From Halobacteriaceae archaeon (GTDB taxonomy: Archaea > Halobacteriota > Halobacteria > Halobacteriales > Halobacteriaceae), in the NCBI GenBank assembly GCA_042216675.1, contig JBDGTS010000043.1, positions 1-35,707 of the forward strand: 35,707 bases of DNA. Reading direction: 5' to 3'. Under the pieces are notes generated by a model. That model was not told the origin of the DNA. It ran no database searches and saw only the letters and a list, made by a program, of their open reading frames with translations. How positions within the stretch are numbered: position 1 is the first letter of the stretch; each line of letters opens with the position of its first letter. Both the position numbers and the translations under genes were made by a program. This document shows positions 13,674 through 23,260 of this stretch, piece after piece.

Positions 13674-16664
13674 ATGGCAGCGGACCGGGACCCACGGGAC
13701 GACCCCGCCGCAGACTACGACTACGGTGGGGGCGACGTCGCGCGGCCGGGCCTCGTCGCGGACCTCGACGGCCTCGTGGACGGCGAGGTGCGTTTCGACG
13801 AGTACACCCGCGAACTGTACGCGACGGACGCCAGCGCATACGAGGTGACGCCCGTCGGCGTCGTCCTCCCGCGGACGACGGCGGACGTGGCGGCCGTCGT
13901 CTCCTACTGCGCCGAGCGAGAGATTCCCGTCCTCCCGCGCGGCGGCGGCACCAGCCTCGCCGGGCAGGCGGTCAACGAGGCCGTCGTCCTCGACTTCTCG
14001 ACGCACATGGACGCCGTCGTGGACGTGTCACCGGACGAGCGACGGGCGGTCGCCCAAGCCGGGTGCGTCCTCGAAGAACTGAACGCCGAACTCGCGCCCC
14101 ACGGCCTAAAGTTCGCGCCCGACCCGGCGTGGGGCGATAAGAGCACCGTCGGCGGCGCGGTGGGCAACAACTCCACCGGCGCACACTCCCTCGTCTACGG
14201 GAAGACGGACGCCTACGTGGAGTCCTGCGAGGCCGTCCTCGCCGACGGCACCGTGACCACCTTCGGCGAGGTGAGCCTCGACAAACTCCGGGCGGGCGCC
14301 GACCCAGAGGGCGACGCCGAGGAGCGAATCTACGCCGCCGTCGCGCACATCGTGGACGAGGAGAGCGCGGAAATCGCGGCCGCCTACCCCGAGTTGAAGC
14401 GCAACGTCTCGGGCTACAACCTCGACAGACTCGTCGACGAGGCCGAATCGGGGTCCGTCAACCTCGCTCGCTTGCTGGCGGGGAGTGAGGGCACCCTCGC
14501 CATCGTCACCGAAGTCGAGGTGGCTCTCGAAGACGTTCCCGAGACGAAGGCCGTCGCTTTGCTCACGTACGACGGCTTGCTTGACGCGATGCACGACGTG
14601 GCGCCGATTCTCGACCACGACCCCTGCGCCGTCGAGGTGTTGGACGACGTACTCCTCGACTTGGCGCGCGACACCGAGGAGTTCGCGGACGTGGTGGGGA
14701 TGCTCCCCGAGGGCACCGATGCCGTCCTCCTCGTGGAGTTCTACGCCGAGAGCGACGCGGAGGGGCGCCAGAAGGTGGCGGACCTCATCGCGGACCGGGC
14801 GCCCGCGGCGACGCCCCGCACCGACCCGGGCGACGGGGCCGCTGAGATGACGGGCGCGGAGATTCGCGCCCGGAACGCGTTGGAGGCCCACGACGCCGAG
14901 CGACGCGAAAAGTTCTGGAAGATGCGCAAGTCCGGTCTCCCGATACTCCTCGGGCGCACCTCCGACGCGAAGCACATCGCGTTCATCGAGGACACGGCCG
15001 TCCCGCCCGAGAACCTCCCGGAGTTCGTCGCCGACTTTCAGGCCGTCCTCGACGACCACGACACGTTCGCCTCCTACTACGCCCACGCCGGCCCGGGCGT
15101 CCTGCACATCCGCCCCCTCGTGAACACGAAGACGGCCGACGGCGTGGCGGCGATGGAGTCAATCGCCGACGCCGCGACGGACCTCGTCGTGGAGTACGGC
15201 GGCAGCGTCTCCGGCGAACACGGCGACGGCCGCGCCCGCAGCCAGTGGAACCGGAAACTGTACGGCGACCACGTCTGGGGCGTGTTCCGCGATTTGAAAT
15301 CCGCCTTCGACCCGGACTGGATTCTCAACCCCGGGCAGGTGTGTGGCGACGTGGACATGACCGAGAACCTCCGCTTCGACCCGGACTACGACTTCGACGC
15401 CGGCCTCGACCCCGCGCTGGAGTGGGACAACGAGAACGGCTTTCAGGGGATGGCGGAACTGTGTCACGGCTGTGGGGGCTGTCGGGGAGAGCAGGAGACG
15501 ACGGGCGGCGTGATGTGTCCGACCTACCGCGCCGCCGACGAGGAACTGCTGGCGACCCGGGGCCGCGCCAACATGCTCCGGCAGGCGATGTCCGGCGAGT
15601 TGCCCGACGACGAGCAGTTCAGCGAGGAGTTCGTCACGGAGGTCCTCGACCTCTGCATCGGCTGTAAGGGCTGTGCGCGGGACTGCCCCAGCGAGGTTGA
15701 CATGGCGAAACTCAAACTCGAAGTCCTCCACGAGCGACATCAGCGAGAGGGCGCGGACCTCCGGTCCCGCCTGTTCGCCAACTTCGACCGCGTCGCGCGC
15801 CTCGGGAGCGCCACCGCGCCCGTCTCGAACTGGCTCGCGAACCTGCCGGGGGCGGATTGGCTCGGCGAGAAACTGCTCGGCGTCGCGGCCGACCGCGACC
15901 TGCCGACGTTCGAGCGCACGACGTTCCGCGACTGGTTCGAGAGCCGGGAGCCGGCGGTGGCGCCCGCCGAGGCGACGCGGGCGGTCACGCTCCTCCCCGA
16001 CACGGACACGAACTACGTCCACCCCGAGGTGGGCAAGGCCGCCGTCCGCGTCCTCGAAGCCGCGGGGGTCCACGTCGAACTCGCGTCTGTCACCGACACC
16101 GGCCGGCCCGCGCACTCGAAAGGCTTCCTCGACGACGCCCGCGAGACGGCGCGCGAGAACGTCGCGGCACTCGCTCCCCGCGTCGAGGCCGGCCGCGACG
16201 TGGTGGTCGTCGAGGCCTCTGACGCGGTGATGCTCCAGTCGGACTACCTCGATTTGCTCGCCTCCGAGGACGCCGAGCGAGTCGCCGCGAACACGTATGG
16301 CCTCTGTGAGTACCTCGACGTCTTCGGCCTCGACGTGCCTGAGGCCTCGACCGCGGCGTCGCTCACCTACCACGGCCACTGCCACCAGAAGGCGACGGGG
16401 AAAGACGGCCACGCCGCCGCCGTCCTCCGCGCCGCCGGTCACGAGGTGGACCGCCTCGACTCCACCTGCTGTGGCATGGCCGGCACCTTCGGCTACGAGG
16501 CCGAACACTACTCGCTCTCACAGGCCATCGGCTCGATTCTGTTCGACCAAATCGGCGACAGCGACGGCGAGACGGTCGTGGCGCCGGGCACCTCGTGCCG
16601 GACGCAACTCGACGACCACGACCCGGTCCACCCCGTCGAGAAACTCGCGGCCGGCCTCGACTAG
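13674..16664 (+). CDS. FAD-linked oxidase / Fe-S (GlcD-GlcF type fusion) 2-hydroxyacid dehydrogenase-like protein
   Basis: PRGGGTSLAGQ, GSEGTL, SGEHGDG, CHGCGGC, CIGCKGCARDCP, HGHCHQ, CCGMAGTFG. TTTAA at about -27. Confidence 0.92.
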   Translation: MAADRDPRDDPAADYDYGGGDVARPGLVADLDGLVDGEVRFDEYTRELYATDASAYEVTPVGVVLPRTTADVAAVVSYCAEREIPVLPRGGGTSLAGQAVNEAVVLDFSTHMDAVVDVSPDERRAVAQAGCVLEELNAELAPHGLKFAPDPAWGDKSTVGGAVGNNSTGAHSLVYGKTDAYVESCEAVLADGTVTTFGEVSLDKLRAGADPEGDAEERIYAAVAHIVDEESAEIAAAYPELKRNVSGYNLDRLVDEAESGSVNLARLLAGSEGTLAIVTEVEVALEDVPETKAVALLTYDGLLDAMHDVAPILDHDPCAVEVLDDVLLDLARDTEEFADVVGMLPEGTDAVLLVEFYAESDAEGRQKVADLIADRAPAATPRTDPGDGAAEMTGAEIRARNALEAHDAERREKFWKMRKSGLPILLGRTSDAKHIAFIEDTAVPPENLPEFVADFQAVLDDHDTFASYYAHAGPGVLHIRPLVNTKTADGVAAMESIADAATDLVVEYGGSVSGEHGDGRARSQWNRKLYGDHVWGVFRDLKSAFDPDWILNPGQVCGDVDMTENLRFDPDYDFDAGLDPALEWDNENGFQGMAELCHGCGGCRGEQETTGGVMCPTYRAADEELLATRGRANMLRQAMSGELPDDEQFSEEFVTEVLDLCIGCKGCARDCPSEVDMAKLKLEVLHERHQREGADLRSRLFANFDRVARLGSATAPVSNWLANLPGADWLGEKLLGVAADRDLPTFERTTFRDWFESREPAVAPAEATRAVTLLPDTDTNYVHPEVGKAAVRVLEAAGVHVELASVTDTGRPAHSKGFLDDARETARENVAALAPRVEAGRDVVVVEASDAVMLQSDYLDLLASEDAERVAANTYGLCEYLDVFGLDVPEASTAASLTYHGHCHQKATGKDGHAAAVLRAAGHEVDRLDSTCCGMAGTFGYEAEHYSLSQAIGSILFDQIGDSDGETVVAPGTSCRTQLDDHDPVHPVEKLAAGLD

Positions 16665-17194
16665 TCGCAGGCCCAGAGACCGCGGTCCGCCGCCTGCGCC
16701 GCCTCCGCCGCGTCTCGGAACGCCGAGAGTCGCGAGAACCCGGTCACGTACACCCGCGCGTGGCCCGCGGCGAGGAGCGCGCGGTTGAACGACTCGTCGG
16801 CCCCCGGCGCCCGAACGTAGGCCAGCAGTCGCCCGTAGCCGCCGCGCCGGTCGGCCGTCGGGTCGGTCGTCACGACCACCTCGCGCCCGGCGAGACGGGC
16901 CTGCGCGAAGGCGGTGGCGTCGTCGGCCGCGGTGCGCAGGCAGTCCCGAACCGCCTCGGTGTCGGGCAGTCCGAACTCCGAGGGAGTCACGTCGCCGCGC
17001 GTCTCGGGCGCGTCGACGCCCAACAGCCGAACGGTGTCCGTCGATCCGTCCGCGAAGCGCACGTCGATGGTGTCGCCGTCGACGACGTGCGTGACCGTCG
17101 CCGTCCGCTCCCGCGTCGGCGTCTCGGTGCCGGCCGGCAGCGACCCGGCACAGCCAGCGAGCAACAGGAGCAAGGCGACGGCGACGCGCTTCAT
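16661..17194 (-). CDS. Thermonuclease (staphylococcal nuclease-like) lipoprotein
   Basis: LAGC lipobox, VVDGDTI, VRLLGVDAPE, YGRLLAYV, A..ADRGLW. Confidence 0.92.
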   Translation of the reverse strand: MKRVAVALLLLLAGCAGSLPAGTETPTRERTATVTHVVDGDTIDVRFADGSTDTVRLLGVDAPETRGDVTPSEFGLPDTEAVRDCLRTAADDATAFAQARLAGREVVVTTDPTADRRGGYGRLLAYVRAPGADESFNRALLAAGHARVYVTGFSRLSAFRDAAEAAQAADRGLWACD

Positions 17195-19152
17195 CGGCGC
17201 CGCGCGGCGACGAGTGCGGCCCCAGCGATGGCCACCAGTCCCGCGCCGACGCCGAACCCGGGGACCCCGCCGTTGCCCTCGCCGGTGGCGGACTCGACGG
17301 TGACGGTCAGGGACTGGTCGCCGACGCGGATAGTCCGCTCGCCCGCCCTCTCCAGCGTGACCGTGGTCGTGACAGTCGTCTGGTTGCCGGCTCCGAGGGC
17401 TATCTCGTGACTGTCCACCTGCGTGCCGCCGACGGTGACGGGTACCGTGCCGCGCGCGGCGCTATCGGCCGGGGCGCTGACCGTCGCGGAGACGGTGACG
17501 GCACCGCCGCGCTGAACCGTCGTCGCGTTGACGCTAGCGTCGCTGACTGCCAGCGGCGCCGGGTCGACCACGGACACCGTCACCCGTTCGAGGCCCACGG
17601 TGAGTGCGTAGGTGCCCGTGGACTCGAAGGCGGTGCCGAGGGTCAGCGTCGTCTCCTCACCCGAGCCGAGGTCGACGACCGCCGAGTCGACGGGCGTGCT
17701 GTTGCGGGCCAGCGTCACCGTCTCCTCGCCGCGCACGTCGCCGGTGTTCTCGGCGACGACGGAGACGGAGAGCGTCTCGCCGGGGTAGAGCGTCGGCACG
17801 TCGGTCGTCGTCCGAGTCCCGTAGGGGCCCGTGACTCGGTACGCCGGTCCGTCGCCGGCGCCGATTCGCGCGTCGATGGTCGGCGGCACCGTCCCGAAGG
17901 CCCGGGCGTGTGCTCGCTGCGACCACGTGTCCGGCGCGTTCGACGTCGTCACCCAGTACGCCGCGCGTTCGCCCGCCGCGTCGCCGGCCATCTGCGTGAT
18001 GACGCCCTCGAACATGATGCCCGTAATCGGGACCGGCCTGCTGTTCAGGTCCTCGAACACGTCGGCGAGGCTGTGCCGGCTTCCGGTTTCGAGGCGCACG
18101 CGCCGGTCGATGGCTCCGAGGACGAGTGCGCCGCGGTAGTACTGACTTCCCGCGACCCACGTTACCGGTTCCGCGAGCGTCGTCCCGTCGTACACCGGGC
18201 GCTGACCGCGGGCGAGGTGCGCGCGGAAGTCGTCGTAGCTGATGCGGTCCTGCTGGAGGGCGAGGAATGCCGCGTAGTACTCCGCGCTGGCCTCCGTGAA
18301 CCACCGCATCTGCGTCGACGTGCTGAACGCCTGTCGCGTGTGGACGTACTCGTGGAGCCACGGGTTGCTCGCCGTCCCGAGCTGGGAGTTAGCGAGAACC
18401 CACGCGTCGGTGTCGCCGTACTGGATGCCGCGAGCGCCCCACGGCGCGTCGGTGGGCGCGACGAACATGTTCACGCGTGAGTCGCGGTCACCGACGCGGA
18501 GCGACCCGGACGCAGCGGCGAGTGCGTCGAGGATTGTCTCTGGCGACTCGGCGAGGTCGGCGGCGTCGGGCACCACGAGGGTGAACGTCTGCCCCGCCGC
18601 GGTTCGCCGATAGCGCTCATAGGGCCCGAGGTAAGCCATCGTATCGCCGACGTAGCCGGACCCGTTCGTCGCGTACGCCGTCTCGATGGAGACGCTGCTC
18701 CCGGCGTCGCCGGCCCACGACCAGCGACTCGCCGTCTGCGGGATGCGGACGATGGCCCACGGCCCGTGGTCCATGAAGTTGTACTCGCCGCCGGTGACCT
18801 GATGGCCGCCGGTGGAGGAGTCGTTCGCGACCACGTCGAAGGATATCGACACATTCCGAGACTCGGTCGTCCACTCGTATCGGCGGAACGCCGACTGCTC
18901 GAAGCCGTCGACGCTGCGGACGGCGCTGTCCTCGGGGATGGTCACCTCGAAGGACCGGAGCGAGGACGGGAACCGGTAGGAGATGGTGACGCCGATGCGT
19001 CCGGGTTCCCCCGGCGTGAGCGACAGCGTCACCGTCCGCTCGATGGTCGCCGACCCGTCCGGGCCCGTCTGTGCCGCGCCGACGCCGGCCGTACCGGCGA
19101 TAGCGGCGAGGAGCAGTACCACGCACACCGCGACGGCCGCGCGGCTGGTCAT
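17191..19152 (-). CDS. Secreted gluzincin-type metallopeptidase-like surface protein with CARDB/Ig-like repeats and PGF-CTERM anchor
   Basis: Signal peptide, WLHEYVH...WFTEASAEYY (HExxH...E), YYRGAL, two Ig-like repeats, VPGFG-TM-RRR tail. Confidence 0.8.
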   Translation of the reverse strand: MTSRAAVAVCVVLLLAAIAGTAGVGAAQTGPDGSATIERTVTLSLTPGEPGRIGVTISYRFPSSLRSFEVTIPEDSAVRSVDGFEQSAFRRYEWTTESRNVSISFDVVANDSSTGGHQVTGGEYNFMDHGPWAIVRIPQTASRWSWAGDAGSSVSIETAYATNGSGYVGDTMAYLGPYERYRRTAAGQTFTLVVPDAADLAESPETILDALAAASGSLRVGDRDSRVNMFVAPTDAPWGARGIQYGDTDAWVLANSQLGTASNPWLHEYVHTRQAFSTSTQMRWFTEASAEYYAAFLALQQDRISYDDFRAHLARGQRPVYDGTTLAEPVTWVAGSQYYRGALVLGAIDRRVRLETGSRHSLADVFEDLNSRPVPITGIMFEGVITQMAGDAAGERAAYWVTTSNAPDTWSQRAHARAFGTVPPTIDARIGAGDGPAYRVTGPYGTRTTTDVPTLYPGETLSVSVVAENTGDVRGEETVTLARNSTPVDSAVVDLGSGEETTLTLGTAFESTGTYALTVGLERVTVSVVDPAPLAVSDASVNATTVQRGGAVTVSATVSAPADSAARGTVPVTVGGTQVDSHEIALGAGNQTTVTTTVTLERAGERTIRVGDQSLTVTVESATGEGNGGVPGFGVGAGLVAIAGAALVAARRR

Positions 19153-19167
19153 ACCGGTTCGAACGGC

Positions 19168-20409
19168 CTACCCGCCCTTAGACTTCGGGGCCATTTCTGT
19201 CACCGCCTCGGCGACGGCGTCCGGAACGTCAGTCGGGGACGCTTCGCGGCCCCGGGATTCGAGGCGGCGCCACCGCTCGCGCCCGGCCTCGCCGGCGCCG
19301 TTGCGGGCGTCGAGCGACCGGTCCGAGACGACCACGAGCGATTCGGCGTCGGCCGCGGCGTCGAGAAGCGGGAGCGTCCCGGGGTGAACGTCCACGTCCG
19401 CGACGACGACGGCGTCGGCGTCCTCGATTCGTTCCTCCACGGCGGTGAGTGACTCGTCGAGCGGTTCGAAGGGAGGCGCCGTCACCACGTCGCCGCCGAG
19501 AGCACGGGTCACCTCGGCGTCGCGGTCACCGGACGGCACCGGCCCGAGCGACACCGAGAACCCCGCGGCGCGGAGCGGATACAGAAGCGGCGCCGCCCGA
19601 CCGCCACCGCCGACGACGTGGACGTTGCCGGCGTCGCCCGACTGCTCGGGGAGCGCCGTGACGAGTGGCGCGCCGGTCACCGGGTCCGTCGTCACCGCCG
19701 CCGCGACGCCGAAGGCCCGTTCGACGGCGTCGGGCGTCAGCACCTCGGCGGGCGGCCCGGCGGCGACGACGCCGCCGGCCGCGAGCAGGGCGAGTTCGTC
19801 GCAGAAGCGCGCCGCGAGGTCGAGGTCGTGGATGGCCGCGACGACAGTTCGCCCTTCGGCCGCGAGGTCGCGGGCGATGCCGAGCGTACGCATCTGGTGG
19901 TTCACGTCGAGGCTCGCCGTCGGTTCGTCGAGGAGAACGACTGGCGCGTCCTGCGCGACGGCGCGCGCGACGAGGATTCGCTGGCGCTCGCCGCCGGAGA
20001 GCGACGTGATGGGGCGGTCCGCGAGCGCGGTGGCCTCGGTGAGTTCGAGCGCCCGGTCCACCGCGTCCGGGTCCGGGTCACCGCCGAAGCGCGGCGCGTG
20101 GGGGTAGCGCCCCATCTCGACGACTTCGCGCCCAGTGAACTCGAAGTCGAGCGCCGGGTTCTGCGGGAGCGTCGCGACCCGTCTGCTGGCCGCCTTCGAC
20201 GGAAGCGCGTGGACGTCGTCGCCGCCGACGCGCACCTCGCCGGCGGCGGGCGTCAGCGTCCCGTTCATCGTCTGGACGAGCGTCGTCTTGCCCGCGCCGT
20301 TCGGCCCGACGACGCCGACGAACGACCCCGAGTCGACCGACAGCGACACGTCCGAGAGGACGGTGGCGTCGCCCCGGCGCACCGTGAGGTCCGTGACGGT
20401 GACGTTCAC
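19168..20409 (-). CDS. btuD: BtuD/HmuV-type ABC ATP-binding protein with haloarchaeal C-terminal extension
   Basis: GTG at 20409 overlapping the permease stop. GPNGAGKTT, LSGGERQR, LLDEPT, AIHDL. Confidence 0.85.
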   Translation of the reverse strand: MNVTVTDLTVRRGDATVLSDVSLSVDSGSFVGVVGPNGAGKTTLVQTMNGTLTPAAGEVRVGGDDVHALPSKAASRRVATLPQNPALDFEFTGREVVEMGRYPHAPRFGGDPDPDAVDRALELTEATALADRPITSLSGGERQRILVARAVAQDAPVVLLDEPTASLDVNHQMRTLGIARDLAAEGRTVVAAIHDLDLAARFCDELALLAAGGVVAAGPPAEVLTPDAVERAFGVAAAVTTDPVTGAPLVTALPEQSGDAGNVHVVGGGGRAAPLLYPLRAAGFSVSLGPVPSGDRDAEVTRALGGDVVTAPPFEPLDESLTAVEERIEDADAVVVADVDVHPGTLPLLDAAADAESLVVVSDRSLDARNGAGEAGRERWRRLESRGREASPTDVPDAVAEAVTEMAPKSKGG

Positions 20410-21425
20410 AGCGCGTACACCTCCCGACGCCGGAGCAGATAGAGGAAGAACGGCGCGCCGACGGCGGCGGTGACGATGCCGACGGGGAACTCTTGGGCGC
20501 CGGCGCGGGCGATAGTGTCCGAGATGACGAGGAAGGACGCGCCGGCGAGCGCACTCGTCGGCAAGAGGACGCGGTGGTCCGGGCCGACGAGCAGACGCAT
20601 CACGTGCGGGACGACGAGGCCCACGAAGCCGATGACCCCGACGTACATCACCGCGAAGCCGGTGAGAAGACTCGATACAGCGAGGAGAATCCGCTTCGTG
20701 CGCTCCACCTCGACCCCGACGGCGTGGGCGTCCGCCTCGCCGAGGAGCAGGACGTTCAGGTCGCGCCCGTAGGACCCCAAGACGAGGAGACCGACCACCG
20801 TGGCTCCGGTGACCGTCGCCGCCTCGGACCACGCGCTGTCACCGAGGCTCCCGATGAGCCACACGACTGCGGCCCGGAGGCTGTGTGGCTTCGACTGCAC
20901 CATCATGAACGAGATGGCGGCGCCGAGGAACGTCTGGATGGCGACGCCGGCCAAGAGGAGCGTCGCCACCGGTGTGTGGCCGTCACGCGTCGCGATGAGG
21001 TAGACGGCGAAGGCGGTGACGAGGCCACCGACGAGCGCCGCGACAGGCAGGCCGAACGGGATGAGTGCCGGGAGGACGAGGACGGCCACCGCGCCCGCCG
21101 CGGCGCCCGTCGAGACGCCGATGATCGAGGGGTCGGCGAGTGGGTTCCGGAAGAAGCCCTGCATCACCGTCCCGGCGACGGCGAGGGCGGCGCCGACGGC
21201 CGCGGCCAACGCGATGCGCGGCAGGCGAAGTTGGAGGACGATGTACGTGTAGTGTGGCCCCGTCGGCGTGTAACTCAGGAGTCCCAGCCGGTCGAGGACG
21301 ATGCGGGCCACCGCTGTCGGTGTGATTGGCGCCGCGCCCACGGTGGCGCCCCAGAGGACGGCCGCGACTAACAGCGCTCCCAGTCCGAGGAGCCACCCCG
21401 CGAGGACCGACCGCGACTGTCGCAT
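20406..21425 (-). CDS. btuC: BtuC/FecCD-family ABC permease (cobalamin or iron chelate)
   Basis: [46 protein letters not shown]. Confidence 0.88.
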   Translation of the reverse strand: MRQSRSVLAGWLLGLGALLVAAVLWGATVGAAPITPTAVARIVLDRLGLLSYTPTGPHYTYIVLQLRLPRIALAAAVGAALAVAGTVMQGFFRNPLADPSIIGVSTGAAAGAVAVLVLPALIPFGLPVAALVGGLVTAFAVYLIATRDGHTPVATLLLAGVAIQTFLGAAISFMMVQSKPHSLRAAVVWLIGSLGDSAWSEAATVTGATVVGLLVLGSYGRDLNVLLLGEADAHAVGVEVERTKRILLAVSSLLTGFAVMYVGVIGFVGLVVPHVMRLLVGPDHRVLLPTSALAGASFLVISDTIARAGAQEFPVGIVTAAVGAPFFLYLLRRREVYAL

Positions 21426-21485
21426 CTATCGCAAATTGGGTTGGGTTAGACAAATACTTATTGAACTAGCCCACAACCTCTCCCT

Positions 21486-22694
21486 GTGCCTTCGAAACAG
21501 TCTGTAGTCGCTACCATCGCTGTCGCACTGCTACTCGTGTCGACACTGCCGGCGGGAACCGCCGTGGCGAGCCACGGCGACGGCGCGGAGTGTTCGTTCC
21601 CGGTGACAGTCACCGACGCGACGAACACGAGCGTCACCGTCTCAGAAGAGCCACAGCGCATCGTCATCATCGGCCCGAGCGCCGTCCAGACGGCGTGGGA
21701 GGTTGGCGCACAGGAGAAAGTCGTCGCCATCGACTCCTTCTCGACGTACTTGGAGGGAGCCGGTGACCTGCCGACCGTCGCGGGTTACCAGAGCGTCGAC
21801 TACGAGGCCGCTCTCCAGCAGAACCCCGACCTCGTTGTCGTCGCCGGCAACAGCTACACCGACGCCGTCGCGACGAACTTCCGCGACGCCAACGTGACGA
21901 CGTTCAAGATGCCTGACGCCACGTCGCTGAACGCCGTCGTCGACAAGACGCGGACGGCGGGCCACCTCTACGGTGCCTGTGACGGCGCCGCGGAGACGGC
22001 CAACTGGATGGAAGAGCGCATCGGCGTCGTCGCTAACGCCACTGCGGACGTGAGCGAACCGTCGCTGTTCTACGACCTCGGTGCCTCGCGGGACGGCGAG
22101 AGCCGCTTCTCCGTCGGCCCGAACACCTTCATCGGCCACCTCATCTCCACCGCGGGCGCGTCGAACATCGTGGCGAACGCGAACGTCTCCTCGCCGTATC
22201 CGCAGTTGTCGAACGAGTTCATCCTCTCGGAAAACCCCGAGTGGCTTCTCGTGACGTACACGCCGGGGTCGTCCTACGGCGCGACGACGCCCGCGGAGGC
22301 CCGCGCCGCAGTGCAGAACTCTTCCGTCCTCTCGCAGACGGCCGCGGCCCAGCAGGGCAACGTCGTCGCGGTGAACGCGAACAACCTGAACCAGCCGGCG
22401 CCGCGGGTCGTCTATCCGCTCCAGAAACTCGCACAGGAACTCCACCCCGAGGCGTACGCCGAGGCGAACCAGACGACCCAGCCGACGGCCACCGCCACGG
22501 CGACTGCGACGCAGACGGCCACCGCGACCCAGACGGCCACCGCCACCGCGACGGCGACGCAGACGGCCACCGAAACCGAGACGCCCACCGCGACTGACGG
22601 TGGCTCCTCCGGCGGCGTCCCCGGCTTCGGTGCTGGGCCGGCGCTCGTCGCCCTCGCGGGTGCGGCGCTGATGGCGGTCCGACGGTACCAGTAG
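21486..22694 (+). CDS. PGF-CTERM-anchored ABC substrate-binding protein (BtuF-like)
   Basis: CSFPVTVTDAT, EPQRIV, GPNTFI, NQPAPR, Thr/Ala linker, VPGFG-TM-RR tail. Confidence 0.88.
   Translation: MPSKQSVVATIAVALLLVSTLPAGTAVASHGDGAECSFPVTVTDATNTSVTVSEEPQRIVIIGPSAVQTAWEVGAQEKVVAIDSFSTYLEGAGDLPTVAGYQSVDYEAALQQNPDLVVVAGNSYTDAVATNFRDANVTTFKMPDATSLNAVVDKTRTAGHLYGACDGAAETANWMEERIGVVANATADVSEPSLFYDLGASRDGESRFSVGPNTFIGHLISTAGASNIVANANVSSPYPQLSNEFILSENPEWLLVTYTPGSSYGATTPAEARAAVQNSSVLSQTAAAQQGNVVAVNANNLNQPAPRVVYPLQKLAQELHPEAYAEANQTTQPTATATATATQTATATQTATATATATQTATETETPTATDGGSSGGVPGFGAGPALVALAGAALMAVRRYQ
22470..22596 (+). repeat. Low-complexity Thr/Ala/Gln coding repeat (TATATQ)n, stalk of the binding protein
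   Basis: Repeated CAGACGGCCACCGC units encoding QTTQPTATATATATQTATATQTATATATATQTATETETPTAT. Confidence 0.8.
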
Positions 22695-22724
22695 GCGTTT
22701 AAGTCGCCCCGTCCGAGGGCGGAT

Positions 22725-23003
22725 ATGGTCGAGAACGTACTCTGGCCGGCCTACTTCGACGCGGACCTGACCCGCGCCGAGGGCCGCCGCGTCCCCGCGG
22801 ACCTCGCCGTCGAGGACCCCTCCGTCGACGAAATCGCGGAGGCCGTCGGACAGGTCGGATACGACGCGGTCATCGAGCGAGACGTGACGTATCCCAGAGA
22901 GTACGACCCGCGGGGCCGCGTCCTCGTGAAGGACGCCGACGACGCCAGCAAGGGTGACCTCCTGCAGGCCGTCGCGGCGTACGTGGCGGCGCTTCGGGAC
23001 TGA
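22725..23003 (+). CDS. srp19: Signal recognition particle protein Srp19
   Basis: [20 protein letters not shown]...YPR...GRV. TTTAAG TATA at 22698-22703 (leaderless spacing). Confidence 0.95.
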   Translation: MVENVLWPAYFDADLTRAEGRRVPADLAVEDPSVDEIAEAVGQVGYDAVIERDVTYPREYDPRGRVLVKDADDASKGDLLQAVAAYVAALRD

Positions 23004-23230
23004 TGGAGAAACTCGGCACCGTCGTTCGGACGGCCCAGAACCTCGCCGTGGTGCGCTGTCCGGGCGCGGACCACCCGGACATCGGCGCCGTAGCCGTCGA
23101 CGAGCGTCTCGACGACGTGGGGCGCGTCGTGGACGTGTTCGGCCCCGTCGAGCGTCCCTACCTCGCCGTCTCGCCCGGGTCCGGCCGCGACTTGCCGGCG
23201 CTGCTGGGGGAGACGCTGTACGTCCGATAG
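23003..23230 (+). CDS. gar1: H/ACA RNP component Gar1
   Basis: VGRVVDVFGPVERPYLAV. Coupled to srp19, a typical haloarchaeal order. Confidence 0.9.
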   Translation: MEKLGTVVRTAQNLAVVRCPGADHPDIGAVAVDERLDDVGRVVDVFGPVERPYLAVSPGSGRDLPALLGETLYVR

Positions 23231-23260
23231 GTCAAAGGCCCTCGAAGCGGACCGTCCGCC

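Noticed and set aside
11964-14006. 680-aa minus-strand ORF and similar long antisense ORFs across the window
   Set aside because: They mirror well-supported genes on the opposite strand, and their composition is not haloarchaeal-protein-like.
22470-22596. Tandem repeat considered as a contingency locus or mobile repeat
   Set aside because: In-frame Thr-rich stalk typical of PGF-CTERM surface proteins, with degenerate codons.
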